In this document: positions 8,895 to 17,508 of the stretch, piece by piece
Numbering within the stretch: position 1 is the first letter of the stretch
Layout of the letters: each line of letters starts with the position of its first letter
DNA from: Candidatus Sumerlaeaceae bacterium
GTDB taxonomy: Bacteria; Sumerlaeota; Sumerlaeia; Sumerlaeales; Sumerlaeaceae
Assembly: GCA_051003195.1 (NCBI GenBank)
Contig: JBPCLP010000030.1
Location: 40,748-104,747, forward strand
Direction of reading: 5' to 3'
Length of the DNA stretch: 64,000 nt
Made by a program: the position numbers and the translations under genes
Notes under the pieces: model-generated
Database searches by the model: none
Told to the model about the DNA's origin: nothing
Seen by the model: only the letters and a program-made list of their open reading frames with translations

Positions 8895-9557
8895 ATGGGC
8901 ATTAAAAGGATCGCGCTGCCCGCTGCCGTGGCGGCGACAATGGCTCTGTGGGGCTGCGGGGAGAAGAAGGAGACGGTGGCGGATGCGCCTGCTAAACGCG
9001 AGGCAGGGACTCCCGACTCCCCAACCAAAAAAGCCGCAAAGCGAACCGCATCGTCCCGCGCAAAAGGCTCGGCCTCCGGCGCAGATGCAGTCGACGCGGC
9101 GTCTGTCGCGGACACGACCGGGACGGCAAACGCCACGGCGGATGGGCGCGAGGCGCCGGATGTGACCCCCGCTCCTACACCGTTCAGCGACACAGCCGTC
9201 TCGGTTTCTGGCGTGGCCTTCACGGCGCCCGAAGGGCCGGCGAGCGCTGCGACGGTGGCCGCGCGCACCGAGAACCTCCGTTCCGAGATAACGAAGTTGT
9301 CGGGTGCCTCGCAGGTCAGCGGGGCCGATCTGCAGTCGCTGGAGGGCGCCGTATCGAATCTGCATTTTGAGTATGAGCGCGCCGGCCCTTTATCCGACGC
9401 GCAGACAAACCTGCTGGGCGAGCATACGGAAGCAATCCGTCGGGCGCTGGAACGGGCGAAACAGGCCAACGGGCGGGAGCGTTCGGACATCCTGAAGGAA
9501 GTAACGTCGGAGCTGGAAAAAATGGATAAGGCTATGCGCGAGGCTATGGGGAAGTAG
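8895..9557 (+). CDS. Lipoprotein with Ala/Pro/Thr linker and C-terminal helical domain
   Basis: MGIKRIALPAAVAATMALWG-C lipobox; helical C-terminus similar to that of 11628-12287. Confidence 0.75.
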   Translation: MGIKRIALPAAVAATMALWGCGEKKETVADAPAKREAGTPDSPTKKAAKRTASSRAKGSASGADAVDAASVADTTGTANATADGREAPDVTPAPTPFSDTAVSVSGVAFTAPEGPASAATVAARTENLRSEITKLSGASQVSGADLQSLEGAVSNLHFEYERAGPLSDAQTNLLGEHTEAIRRALERAKQANGRERSDILKEVTSELEKMDKAMREAMGK

Positions 9558-9598
9558 GAGCGATGGTGAAGTAGATCGATCGCGAAGTGCGGAGTAAG

Positions 9599-9660
9599 GG
9601 CCATCGCAAGCGAGGCAGCGGCCATCGCAAGCGAGACCGGGCCATCGCAAGCGAGACCGG
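9599..9660. repeat. Short tandem repeat (3 x GGCCATCGCAAGCGAG, period 20-21)
   Basis: Read directly from the sequence. Confidence 0.85.
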
Positions 9661-9762
9661 GATTGGCTTAACGGCGTGCTGGACGAACGCCTGGCGGTGC
9701 GGCACGCGGTGACGCACTCCCACTCGGGCAGACGGTGCACGTGCGCGCGAGCGTTTTTTTGC

Positions 9763-9900
9763 CGCGGACGCGATTTGTGTCGCGGCTTGGGACGTGGCGC
9801 GTTGGTCAGGTGGCGCTCACGGAGAATTCAAAGCCGCCGCTGAGTTTCTTTGAGCGGACGCGATTGTGTCGCGGCCTAGGACGTGGCGCGCGGGTCAGGC
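9763..9900. repeat. Direct duplication of ~46 bp (GCGGACGCGATT(T)GTGTCGCGGC...GGACGTGGCGCG..GGTCAGG)
   Basis: Copies at ~9763-9810 and ~9853-9899. Confidence 0.75.
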
Positions 9901-10006
9901 GCGAGCGATGGGAAAGTAGCGACGAAACTATCCGGTATTTAACAAGTTAAGCAGATCGCGCGCTGGTTCCTTCCTTATCAAAGGATACCCAGGTTTATCG
10001 GCGAGC

Positions 10007-10047
10007 AAAAGAAAATCCCCGGCCTCCTGAATTGAGGCCGGGGATTT
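10007..10047 (-). terminator. Intrinsic terminator
   Basis: AAAAGAAAATCCCCGGCCTC-CTGAATT-GAGGCCGGGGATTT; U-tract on the minus strand. Confidence 0.8.
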
Positions 10048-10079
10048 AGATTGCGCCGAAGCTTCCGGCGAGCATCGGA

Positions 10080-11531
10080 TTAGTAGATCATGTAATCGTT
10101 CACACTTGCCACGACGGGAGCGCCGCCGAGCAAGGCACCACCGGTCGAATTGGCAGTGACGTATGCTGGATTTGAAGGCTTCAGGAAGTTGGCATTGAGC
10201 TGGTTGCGCCCGATGGTATATGTGTAGGAGACATACTGCGGATCGGCACTGATCGATCCGGCACCAAGGTCACCTACGGCGCCAACAGCGTCAGGTCCTG
10301 CCGTTACAACCGCTGTAAACGTCTTGTTTACTGCGCCTGTAGAGTTGGGATTCAGCATGTCGAAAGTGTCGGCCGCGCCCGAGAAGATGCTATTGATGAT
10401 GGTGAATGTCACGTTAGGTTCTGCGGCGCCATCCGCGACGAAGAAGCTGACTGGGTTAACCGTTCCGCGCGCATTATGGAAAGTCGAACGCGTGATGCTT
10501 ACGGCTTCCGGGCTCAGGTTGTTATCGTTGCTGCCGTCGTCGATCATGAAATTGCCTCCGCCGGCAACCCCCGTGCTGTCGGAGCTGTTGTTGAGCGCAA
10601 TGCGGGAATCCGTGATGCTGATGGAATCCAGTCCTTCAAAGTCCGATATGGCTGCGAGTGCGCAGTCGGCAATATCCGTGTTAGTGAGGCTCAGGGTGCA
10701 GGTTGCATCCCAGAAGGCCTTGATTCCGGCATCGGCACCTCCGCCACCAAGGCCGACCTTGGCGATCAGGCAGCGTCCGGCGGAGCCGTCGAAGATCACG
10801 GCGGTGTTGTTGTTCGCAAACTGGACCGCAGCGCCGCCGATATTGGCGATGACCGTTCCCTGGTTAAAGGTGAGGGTACGCGTGCTGGCTGCGGCTGTAA
10901 TGATGACCACCACTTCGTCGTTGCAGCCAGTGATACTGCAATTGGACCATGTGGCGTTCACCAACGCAACAGCAGTGAACCAGTCGTCGCCTACGTTGTT
11001 GCCGGGCGCGCCTGCTACGAAGTTCGCTGAAGCATCCTGAGAAGCGACGCCATCGCTACCATTGTTATTCGAGAAGATGCAATTGGTGAAGCTGTAGTTG
11101 CCGGCGTTCAGCCGAATTCCATCTGCAACGTTGTTGGTATAAGCCAGTCCAGCAGGTGGAATAAATGCGATGCCCGAGAAAGTTAGCGTGTCGGTTGCGC
11201 CTGGTGTCAGGGTGAGCATGTACTGACCGCTGGTGTGCTGAAGCTTGATGATTGGCTGCCCGGACTGGGCAGTGAAAGCAATGCTTTTGCCGGCAGTGGG
11301 TGCGATCGTGGTGTTAGCGGTAAGTGCGTGTACGCCTTCGGTGCTGCGCAGGATGACACTGTTGGCCGCATCGGCCGCAGCGTTGATCTGGGTGATCGCG
11401 TCGGCGATCGAGTTTGTTACTGCCGTGCCTGCCACGCCCGTGGTGGGCGCTACGGTTACCGTCAGCGCATTGCAAATGCCGCCAACTGCGACCAGCGAAG
11501 TTAAACAGCCAACCAATTTTAGACCGTACAT
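10080..11531 (-). CDS. Secreted beta-helix-like protein with C-terminal motif variant (...ASVNDYMIY)
   Basis: GGAGGA RBS before ATG 11531; signal peptide; FTNCIFSNN / ITDSRIALNN / IINSIFSG strands; SISADPQY. Confidence 0.82.
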   Translation of the reverse strand: MYGLKLVGCLTSLVAVGGICNALTVTVAPTTGVAGTAVTNSIADAITQINAAADAANSVILRSTEGVHALTANTTIAPTAGKSIAFTAQSGQPIIKLQHTSGQYMLTLTPGATDTLTFSGIAFIPPAGLAYTNNVADGIRLNAGNYSFTNCIFSNNNGSDGVASQDASANFVAGAPGNNVGDDWFTAVALVNATWSNCSITGCNDEVVVIITAAASTRTLTFNQGTVIANIGGAAVQFANNNTAVIFDGSAGRCLIAKVGLGGGGADAGIKAFWDATCTLSLTNTDIADCALAAISDFEGLDSISITDSRIALNNSSDSTGVAGGGNFMIDDGSNDNNLSPEAVSITRSTFHNARGTVNPVSFFVADGAAEPNVTFTIINSIFSGAADTFDMLNPNSTGAVNKTFTAVVTAGPDAVGAVGDLGAGSISADPQYVSYTYTIGRNQLNANFLKPSNPAYVTANSTGGALLGGAPVVASVNDYMIY

Positions 11532-11627
11532 TGGGTCCTCCGGATAAGTTAGATTATGCATCCATTGACGAAAATCCAGCGTTGATATTATAAGTCAAGT
11601 ATAAGCCTGATTCAGAAAGGCCGAAGT

Positions 11628-12287
11628 TTATCTTGGCACGCCCTTACCGGCGGCGGACTGGCCGAGCTGCTTGACCGCGCTGAACGCATTCGAGACGTGC
11701 TGCTGGCGAGACTGTGGCTGACTGCGGGCAAGCTCAAGATGCGCCAGGGCCTGCTCCACCGCGGTGGTGATAGCCTGCTGTTGATCCGAAGTGGTTGGAG
11801 CCGTAAGATGCTCTGTTTTCAGGGTTTGTAAGGCTTGTTCAAGTTCGGACGCATGCGCCGCTGAGAAGGAGCCCAGATCAGAGCCGCGGTATTTCGCCGA
11901 GATGGCCGCCGCCTGGGAGATGAGCGCAGGGGGCGCGGGGTCGACGATGGTTCTGGCGGGCGCAGAAGTTGGCGCGTCTGGTGTCGCTGCGGGCGCCTGT
12001 ACGACTGATGCAGGAGTAAAGACTGGGCTGCTCACCGTGGGTGCGGTGGTTAATGCGTCCGGTGTGTCCGTTGGCACGGGGGTGGGGGTGGCCGGCTCAG
12101 GCGGCGGAGGCGTATTTTGCTCAGGCGGCTGGGGTGTCGCGGTGGGAGCGGCCGGGGTCGAAACAGCCGGTGCTGCCGGCGCACCGCGAGGTGGCGATTT
12201 CTCGGAGTTCGAAGGTTCTTCCTTCTGGCACCCCGACAGCACGACAATGGTGCATAATACGAATAGCAGGGTAAGTTCTCGCGCCAT
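11628..12287 (-). CDS. Lipoprotein with Pro-rich linker and C-terminal helical domain
   Basis: AAGGAG RBS; ...IVVLSG-C lipobox. Confidence 0.78.
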   Translation of the reverse strand: MARELTLLFVLCTIVVLSGCQKEEPSNSEKSPPRGAPAAPAVSTPAAPTATPQPPEQNTPPPPEPATPTPVPTDTPDALTTAPTVSSPVFTPASVVQAPAATPDAPTSAPARTIVDPAPPALISQAAAISAKYRGSDLGSFSAAHASELEQALQTLKTEHLTAPTTSDQQQAITTAVEQALAHLELARSQPQSRQQHVSNAFSAVKQLGQSAAGKGVPR

Positions 12288-12402
12288 GTGAAGGCTCCTT
12301 CAGGATTGGCAACACCACTGAGACTGAATTGCTGGTAATATCAACTGAACGGCGGCGCTCGCTGTTGGGACTGCCGGGTCGCCGCCGCGCGTACTCAGAC
12401 CG

Positions 12403-13512
12403 TTACTGAATTTTACTCCACTCGGCGGAAGCTGCCGCCGGGAGGGCGCTCGGCACCTGGACAACTCCGCGGTACAGTGCATTGGCGGGTGGGCTGGCGA
12501 TGAGGGTGAATGTGCCCGGCGTGGTGGCGTCGACGCGGAGCAGGTTGCCTGTAGAGTCCGTGACGTAGTGGGTCGGCGCTCCGTTGTAGGTGCCCAGCGC
12601 GACGCCCTTAAGCCCGGTGGTGAGGCCGGTGGTATGTTTGGTCGTAAAGCTCCACGCGCTGCCGCTGAAGTTGTATTCGCCCAAGCCGCCGCCAAACCCG
12701 ATGGCGCGGTCGTCTGCCACGAACACACGCGTGGGCGAGCTGAATGCGAAGCCATAGGGGCTGGGTCCCGCAGGCATCGGCGAATTATCGATCATGAGGA
12801 GGGTTGCGGCATTGCCGGTGGTGGTAGGCAGGCCGGTGCCGACCTGGTTGATGCCTACGTTGGGGCTTGATGCGGAGCTCATGTAAAGCTGGCCGTTGTA
12901 GATGACTGCGACGCGGTCGTTGGACGGCGTGCCGCTGACGAGGGTCGACGTGGTGGAGGCCGGGTTGGCATAGGGCACGTAGCGGATGCCGCCGCCGGTG
13001 GAGTTTCCGGCCGCCCAGAATGCGGTACCGTCGTGGCTGACGACGCTGCGGTTGTCCCCGCCCGAGAAGCCGAAGGTGGTGCCGCTGTTGATGCCGACGT
13101 AGGTAGTAAGGTCGAGGGTGCCGTCCATGGCAAGGCGGCCGATGACGCGGCTGGCAGTGGTGGTGCCGGAGGCCGCGAGTGTGCCTGCCGGAAGATCGAA
13201 CCCGCCGAATGTGAGATACTGCCGATTCACGGAGACGGACAGGTGGCCGGACGAGCCTGAGGATCCGGTAACGGTGAGACGGTTTCCGGCCGCGGTGCTG
13301 GGAACGGCGATCGGCTGGACGAGCACGCCACCGATGGTGATTTCGTTGAGGACGATGGGGACGGCCGAACCGCTGACGGAGGTGTTACCGTCGCCTAGCT
13401 GCAGAACGACGAGGTTACCGGGCGTGAGCGGGGCAGCCAGGGTGGTCGACGCTGCGAGGGCAAGCGCGAGGCCCAGCGTGGCAGCGCGTGCTTTCGAAAT
13501 GGGTTTTTTCAT
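12403..13512 (-). CDS. Secreted beta-rich protein with C-terminal EW motif (...AASAEWSKIQ)
   Basis: Signal peptide; TPGNLVVLQLGDG start of the mature domain, resembling passengers seen on PEP-CTERM-type proteins. Confidence 0.82.
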   Translation of the reverse strand: MKKPISKARAATLGLALALAASTTLAAPLTPGNLVVLQLGDGNTSVSGSAVPIVLNEITIGGVLVQPIAVPSTAAGNRLTVTGSSGSSGHLSVSVNRQYLTFGGFDLPAGTLAASGTTTASRVIGRLAMDGTLDLTTYVGINSGTTFGFSGGDNRSVVSHDGTAFWAAGNSTGGGIRYVPYANPASTTSTLVSGTPSNDRVAVIYNGQLYMSSASSPNVGINQVGTGLPTTTGNAATLLMIDNSPMPAGPSPYGFAFSSPTRVFVADDRAIGFGGGLGEYNFSGSAWSFTTKHTTGLTTGLKGVALGTYNGAPTHYVTDSTGNLLRVDATTPGTFTLIASPPANALYRGVVQVPSALPAAASAEWSKIQ

Positions 13513-13699
13513 CGTCGGTTCTCCATGGGATTATTAGTGTCTGTTCGAGGGTGAATCGGTTACGCTATGGCGTGTCAGAGGTTATGCAAGTAAAGGAATA
13601 GCGATTTGGACGCCAGCGCAGCGGCAAGGTGATTTTGGCATCGAATTTCTGGCGGTATCGGGGTAGATGACCCTAGTTAATCACACAATGGAGGAACTC

Positions 13700-14803
13700 A
13701 TGAAGTTTAGATTCGGATTTATAGCAATATGCGCCGTGGCGGCAGGGCCAGCTTATGCGCAGTATAACGTCGCCGTTTCTGAGGCGTCGATTTCAGCTCT
13801 CATCGGCGGCGTCGATGCGCAGCCGGAAGATATTGCGGTGGATGCAAGTGGCAACATCATCGTCATTGATGAGGCGCCGGTAGCCAATGAGCACGTGCTG
13901 CGTTTCGACAGCGCCGGTGCAAACGGCGTGAAGGTGACCGATGAAACCGCGATCCTAGCGGCCATTGACGCAGTGAATGGGTCTGCGGCGCAGTCTGCTT
14001 TCACGATCAACAATGTCTCGGTGGCCGCGGACGGTGACTATATCCTGACGTGCGGCGGTGCGCCTGAGCTTGATTCCATGGTCAGTGTTACCCCGTCTGG
14101 CGTGATTACGGTGCTGTGCACCGGGGTCAATGCAACGGCTTCTCCCATTGAAGGGTGCACGGGCTCTGCTGTGATTGGTAACACTGCTTATGTTGTGGTG
14201 AACGGTGCGTTTGGAGCTGTTGAGGACGCGGTTCTCGCCGTGGACACGAATGGTGCGGGTGCGCCGGCCATTGCGCCGACTGTGCTGGCGAACCAGGCCG
14301 CGCTGGAAGCCGCGACCACGGGAGAAACGGCGGGCGGTCTCAACCTGGGGCCGATCTGCGTCGGCGGCAGCGGGCTTTACGTGGCCGATTCTGGCGGAAC
14401 AGGAACCACGGATGATGTAGTCCAGATTGCGGTGCCAGGCGGTGCGGTCAACCTGTTGATTGACGACGCCACCATTGAGGCGGCGCTGGCCACTACGGAC
14501 GTCGGGTTTACCGGAATGACGGTCAGCACCGGCGGCGTTTTGTGGCTTGCCAACACTTTCGGTACAGGCGCCAGTGACGACGGTGTGGTGAAAGTCACCG
14601 CGCCCGGAACAGGCGGTCAGACATTCACACTTCTGAGCGAAGGCGTTATTGCTGCCGGAGTCAGTGCTACTTCGCTCTCGCCGGCTCGCATGGCCTTTAA
14701 CGCAGCAACGGGCAAAGTGCTGTTCGCGAACCAGGGCGGAGAGACCGAAGGGGTAATCGGTATTGCACTGACGGCAAACGTTAATGACTGGTCGATTTAT
14801 TAA
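13700..14803 (+). CDS. Secreted beta-propeller-like protein with C-terminal DW motif (...ANVNDWSIY)
   Basis: GGAGGA RBS; signal peptide ending AYA; PEDIAVDASGNIIVID (NHL-like) repeats. Confidence 0.85.
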   Translation: MKFRFGFIAICAVAAGPAYAQYNVAVSEASISALIGGVDAQPEDIAVDASGNIIVIDEAPVANEHVLRFDSAGANGVKVTDETAILAAIDAVNGSAAQSAFTINNVSVAADGDYILTCGGAPELDSMVSVTPSGVITVLCTGVNATASPIEGCTGSAVIGNTAYVVVNGAFGAVEDAVLAVDTNGAGAPAIAPTVLANQAALEAATTGETAGGLNLGPICVGGSGLYVADSGGTGTTDDVVQIAVPGGAVNLLIDDATIEAALATTDVGFTGMTVSTGGVLWLANTFGTGASDDGVVKVTAPGTGGQTFTLLSEGVIAAGVSATSLSPARMAFNAATGKVLFANQGGETEGVIGIALTANVNDWSIY

Positions 14804-14867
14804 GCTGACATAGTAAAGCTTTTGCAGCAACGTAGCAAAGCTTAGCAGCAAAGCAAACATGTTGTCA

Positions 14868-14900
14868 GGCGCGCGGCTTCCGGGTCGCGCGCTTTTTTTT
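14868..14900 (+). terminator. Intrinsic terminator
   Basis: GCGCGCGGC-TTCCGG-GTCGCGCGC-TTTTTTTT. Confidence 0.8.
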
Positions 14901-14923
14901 GGCGGGGGCGGGGGGAATCCGCT

Positions 14924-15139
14924 CTGGCGGATGCGCTCGTGCGCCCGGCATTCCCCCCGACTTACTGGCCGGTGCGCTCCTGCGCCGCCTAAAAAAAACC
15001 TCTCTGGCCGGTGCGCTCCTGCGCCCGCCATTATCCGCCGACTTACTAGCCAGTGCGCTCCTGCACCTGCCTAAGAAAAATCCCTCTGGCCGGTGCGCTC
15101 CTGCGCCCGGCCTGTTAGTCGCACTCCGTTGCGACACCG
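14924..15139. repeat. REP-like array: 5 x CTGGCCGGTGCGCTCCTGCGCCCG plus terminal GTCGCA..TGCGACACC hairpin
   Basis: Copies start at 14924, 14965, 15004, 15046 and 15086 (spacing 39-42 bp) with alternating linkers. Confidence 0.88.
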
Positions 15140-15151
15140 CCCATCAAACGC

Positions 15152-15714
15152 TCACTCACAACGCGGTATAACGCGGAACTGCAGCGGCGGATCTGCACTA
15201 TGATACAGGTCTACCTCCATCGCAAACATCGGCCGCCCGTGGTAGTTTGGGGCACTGGAATAGAACCAGTCCTCCGCCCCAAGCACGAAACCGCTACGCA
15301 CCGGATTGTGGTGGATGTACTCCAGTTTCTGTACGAAAATATCATAGTCGGAAGCGTTCTTCGGTTTGTACTCGGGTTCCCAGACAGTTCGTCGGCGCGT
15401 CCCGTTCGGAGTTTTTCCAGTGCCCATTTGCGGTTTTCCAGCCGCAGGAGTTTGAGCAACTGGGTGGCGGTGAAACGTCGAAACGCGGCGAGGATGTTAC
15501 GCAGAGTGTCCGGCGTTTGCACATTGGTGAGGAGGTGGAGATGGTCTGGCATGATGACGAAACCGTAAACCTGGAGCTTTCGGTTTTTGCGGCACCAGCT
15601 GAGCGAGTCGCAGATAAGGCGCTGGTAGTTTGGGGTGCAGAAGAGTGAGGTGTGGCCCCGGATGACGTGGGTTGTGAAGCAGGCAGCGCCCGGCAGTACC
15701 TGGTAGTGGTGCAT
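15152..15714 (-). pseudogene. REP-associated tyrosine transposase (RAYT), frameshifted
   Basis: N-part has YGFVIMPDHLHLL (HUH); C-part in another frame has VWEPEY...KLEYIHHNPVRSG...DWFYSSA; frame break at ~15385-15415. Confidence 0.85.
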
Positions 15715-15773
15715 GCGGTGGAACTGGGTGAGTAGGGAAGGAGGGGCAAGAGTTTAGAGGGGGTAATGACAGA

Positions 15774-15968
15774 GGTGTCGCACAGGAGTGCGACGGATGA
15801 GCCGGGCGCAGGAGCGCGCCGGCCAGAGGGGCTTTTTTTTAGGCCGGGTGCAGGAGCGCACGGCCAGAGATTTGAAGGAGCGGGCGGGCGGTCAGATGGT
15901 AAGGTAGTGTGTGGTGTCGCACCGGAGTGCGACGGATGGGCCGGGTGCAGGAGCGCACCGGCCAGAGG
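15774..15968. repeat. REP-like copies inverted relative to 14924-15139
   Basis: GGTGTCGCAC.GGAGTGCGAC...GCCGGG[CT]GCAGGAGCGC[AG]CCGGCCAGAG at ~15774 and ~15913, partial copy at ~15842. Confidence 0.88.
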
Positions 15969-15980
15969 TGGATAGGCATG

Positions 15981-16013
15981 AAAAAAAGCCGGGCCAAGTG
16001 GCCCGGCTTTTTT
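15981..16013. terminator. Intrinsic terminator (bidirectional appearance)
   Basis: AAAAAAAGCCGGGCCA-AG-TGGCCCGGCTTTTTT. Confidence 0.8.
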
Positions 16014-16031
16014 GATCGGTTGTTGGAAGTC

Positions 16032-17282
16032 TCAGTACATGGTCCAGTCGCCGATGCCGGCGCTAAGGAACGCACGCACGCCGGAGAGGCGAAGGACCGC
16101 GTTGCCGACTGCGAGACCACCCTGGCTTTGGCGGTAGAAGTAGTAATCGTCGTCTGCGGCGACATCGCCGCTCTTGTTGTCCATTCCATTACGAAAGCCA
16201 TTATGCATAATGGTGGTAGCTGCGCCCGTACCCGAGTGCGGGGGTACAATGGTTGTATTGACGTCGGGATCGGCCGTGAGCTGCGCATCGGTCGCGAGCA
16301 TCGTCTGCTGTGTCCCGTCGGCGCTCAGGACAGCGATAAACTCATCCTGAATCAAGGTGCCTGTGCCAGAGGTTGCGCCATTTACGTGAATGAGGATCTT
16401 GTTATCCTGCAGCGTGTAGACGTTGACGCTACCGATGTCGGCGGTGGCCGGGTTGCCGCCGGCGGCGGTGATAATCGCGTCACCTGTGCGGAAAACGCTT
16501 ACGGTTCCGGTCTCAGTAATGCGCAGCAGCGTTCCCATGACCTGCCGTCCGGGCGTAGCGAGATCGGAGGTCATGAAACCGTGCGAAGCAATGATGTCAC
16601 CGTCGGATTGCACCGTGTGGTCGTAAATGTTGATGTCATCGTTGGCATCGCCACCGTAACCAGTGACGGTCGCAAGCGCGGCCTCAAGCGCGGTCTCGGT
16701 TGCCAGCACCGTGGGTGTTGCACCCGTTGCCGTCAGCGCGACTTGAACAATGTCTTCTGAGGCTACCGCGGCGAAGGCATCGTTGTAGGTCATGATGAGC
16801 CGGATGTTCTTGCTGTCGACAGATACTTCGTCCAGGTTTACGGTGGAAGCGCTTGCCACCATTTCCGCAGCGCTGGTGAATGGCCCTGCGTGGGGAACGC
16901 GCCAGATGATGTTTCTGGAGCCATTGAAGGTACTGATGTACAGATTGGTGGTATCGCTGTCCATGTCGCCTGCGGAAGAACTGCCGGACCCCGCGCTGAG
17001 ATCAAAAGCGCCGGCTGGCGGGGCTGTTTCCTTTGCCACCACTGTCGGTCCGTCGGATGCGAAGACGCCGTCGAAGGTGCTGATCGAGTCGAACAGGTAG
17101 TAGCGCGACTCGTCGGGGCGCACAGATACTCCGTCGAATTCGCCGTTGGCGCCTCCGGCGTTTAAACCATCGTAGGTCGCGCCCGTGGCGACGATGTCGA
17201 GGTTGAGGGGTGCTGGCGCCTGGCCGACCGCGAGTCCTGCCGCGGCCATGAAGGTGCTCAGCATCAAAAGTTGTTTTTGCAC
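16032..17282 (-). CDS. Secreted acidic beta-propeller-like protein with C-terminal DW motif (...AGIGDWTMY)
   Basis: GTG start after AAGGAG; signal peptide; shares PTVLA..ALEAA with 13700-14803. Confidence 0.85.
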   Translation of the reverse strand: MQKQLLMLSTFMAAAGLAVGQAPAPLNLDIVATGATYDGLNAGGANGEFDGVSVRPDESRYYLFDSISTFDGVFASDGPTVVAKETAPPAGAFDLSAGSGSSSAGDMDSDTTNLYISTFNGSRNIIWRVPHAGPFTSAAEMVASASTVNLDEVSVDSKNIRLIMTYNDAFAAVASEDIVQVALTATGATPTVLATETALEAALATVTGYGGDANDDINIYDHTVQSDGDIIASHGFMTSDLATPGRQVMGTLLRITETGTVSVFRTGDAIITAAGGNPATADIGSVNVYTLQDNKILIHVNGATSGTGTLIQDEFIAVLSADGTQQTMLATDAQLTADPDVNTTIVPPHSGTGAATTIMHNGFRNGMDNKSGDVAADDDYYFYRQSQGGLAVGNAVLRLSGVRAFLSAGIGDWTMY

Positions 17283-17445
17283 GGTTTAGTGCTCCTTTTC
17301 TAAGGTTAAGATTTCTTTGTCGCGCAGATGAGGGTGGGTCGTCAACTTTAATGGTAGGGCTACTGCCTGAAATTTTAGCTTCTGGCTTAGCTTCTGGCTG
17401 GTTTTAGGCTGCCGGGGGAGCGGTGGGTGAAAGAGGTATGAAAGA

Positions 17446-17502
17446 GGTGTCGCACAGGAGTGCGACGAACAGGCCGGGCGCAGGAGCGCGCCAGCCAGAG
17501 GG
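17446..17502. repeat. Dispersed copy of the RAYT-associated REP
   Basis: GGTGTCGCACAGGAGTGCGACGAACAGGCCGGGCGCAGGAGCGCGCCAGCCAGAGGG immediately 3' of ettA. Confidence 0.85.
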
Positions 17503-17508
17503 GTGATG

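Noticed and set aside
14924..15110. CRISPR array (regularly spaced ~24-bp repeats)
   Set aside because: Spacers are only ~15-17 bp and alternate between two related sequences; the repeats flank a RAYT in inverted orientation; no cas genes.
3483..17282. C-terminal motif as a BAM beta-signal, PEP-CTERM or T9SS CTD
   Set aside because: No beta-barrel-like alternating pattern, no TM helix with basic tail, and far too short for a T9SS CTD.
3450..17320. Shared TTAACC-like motif upstream of RBSs of tagged genes
   Set aside because: Too short and variable in AT-rich leaders to distinguish from chance by eye.
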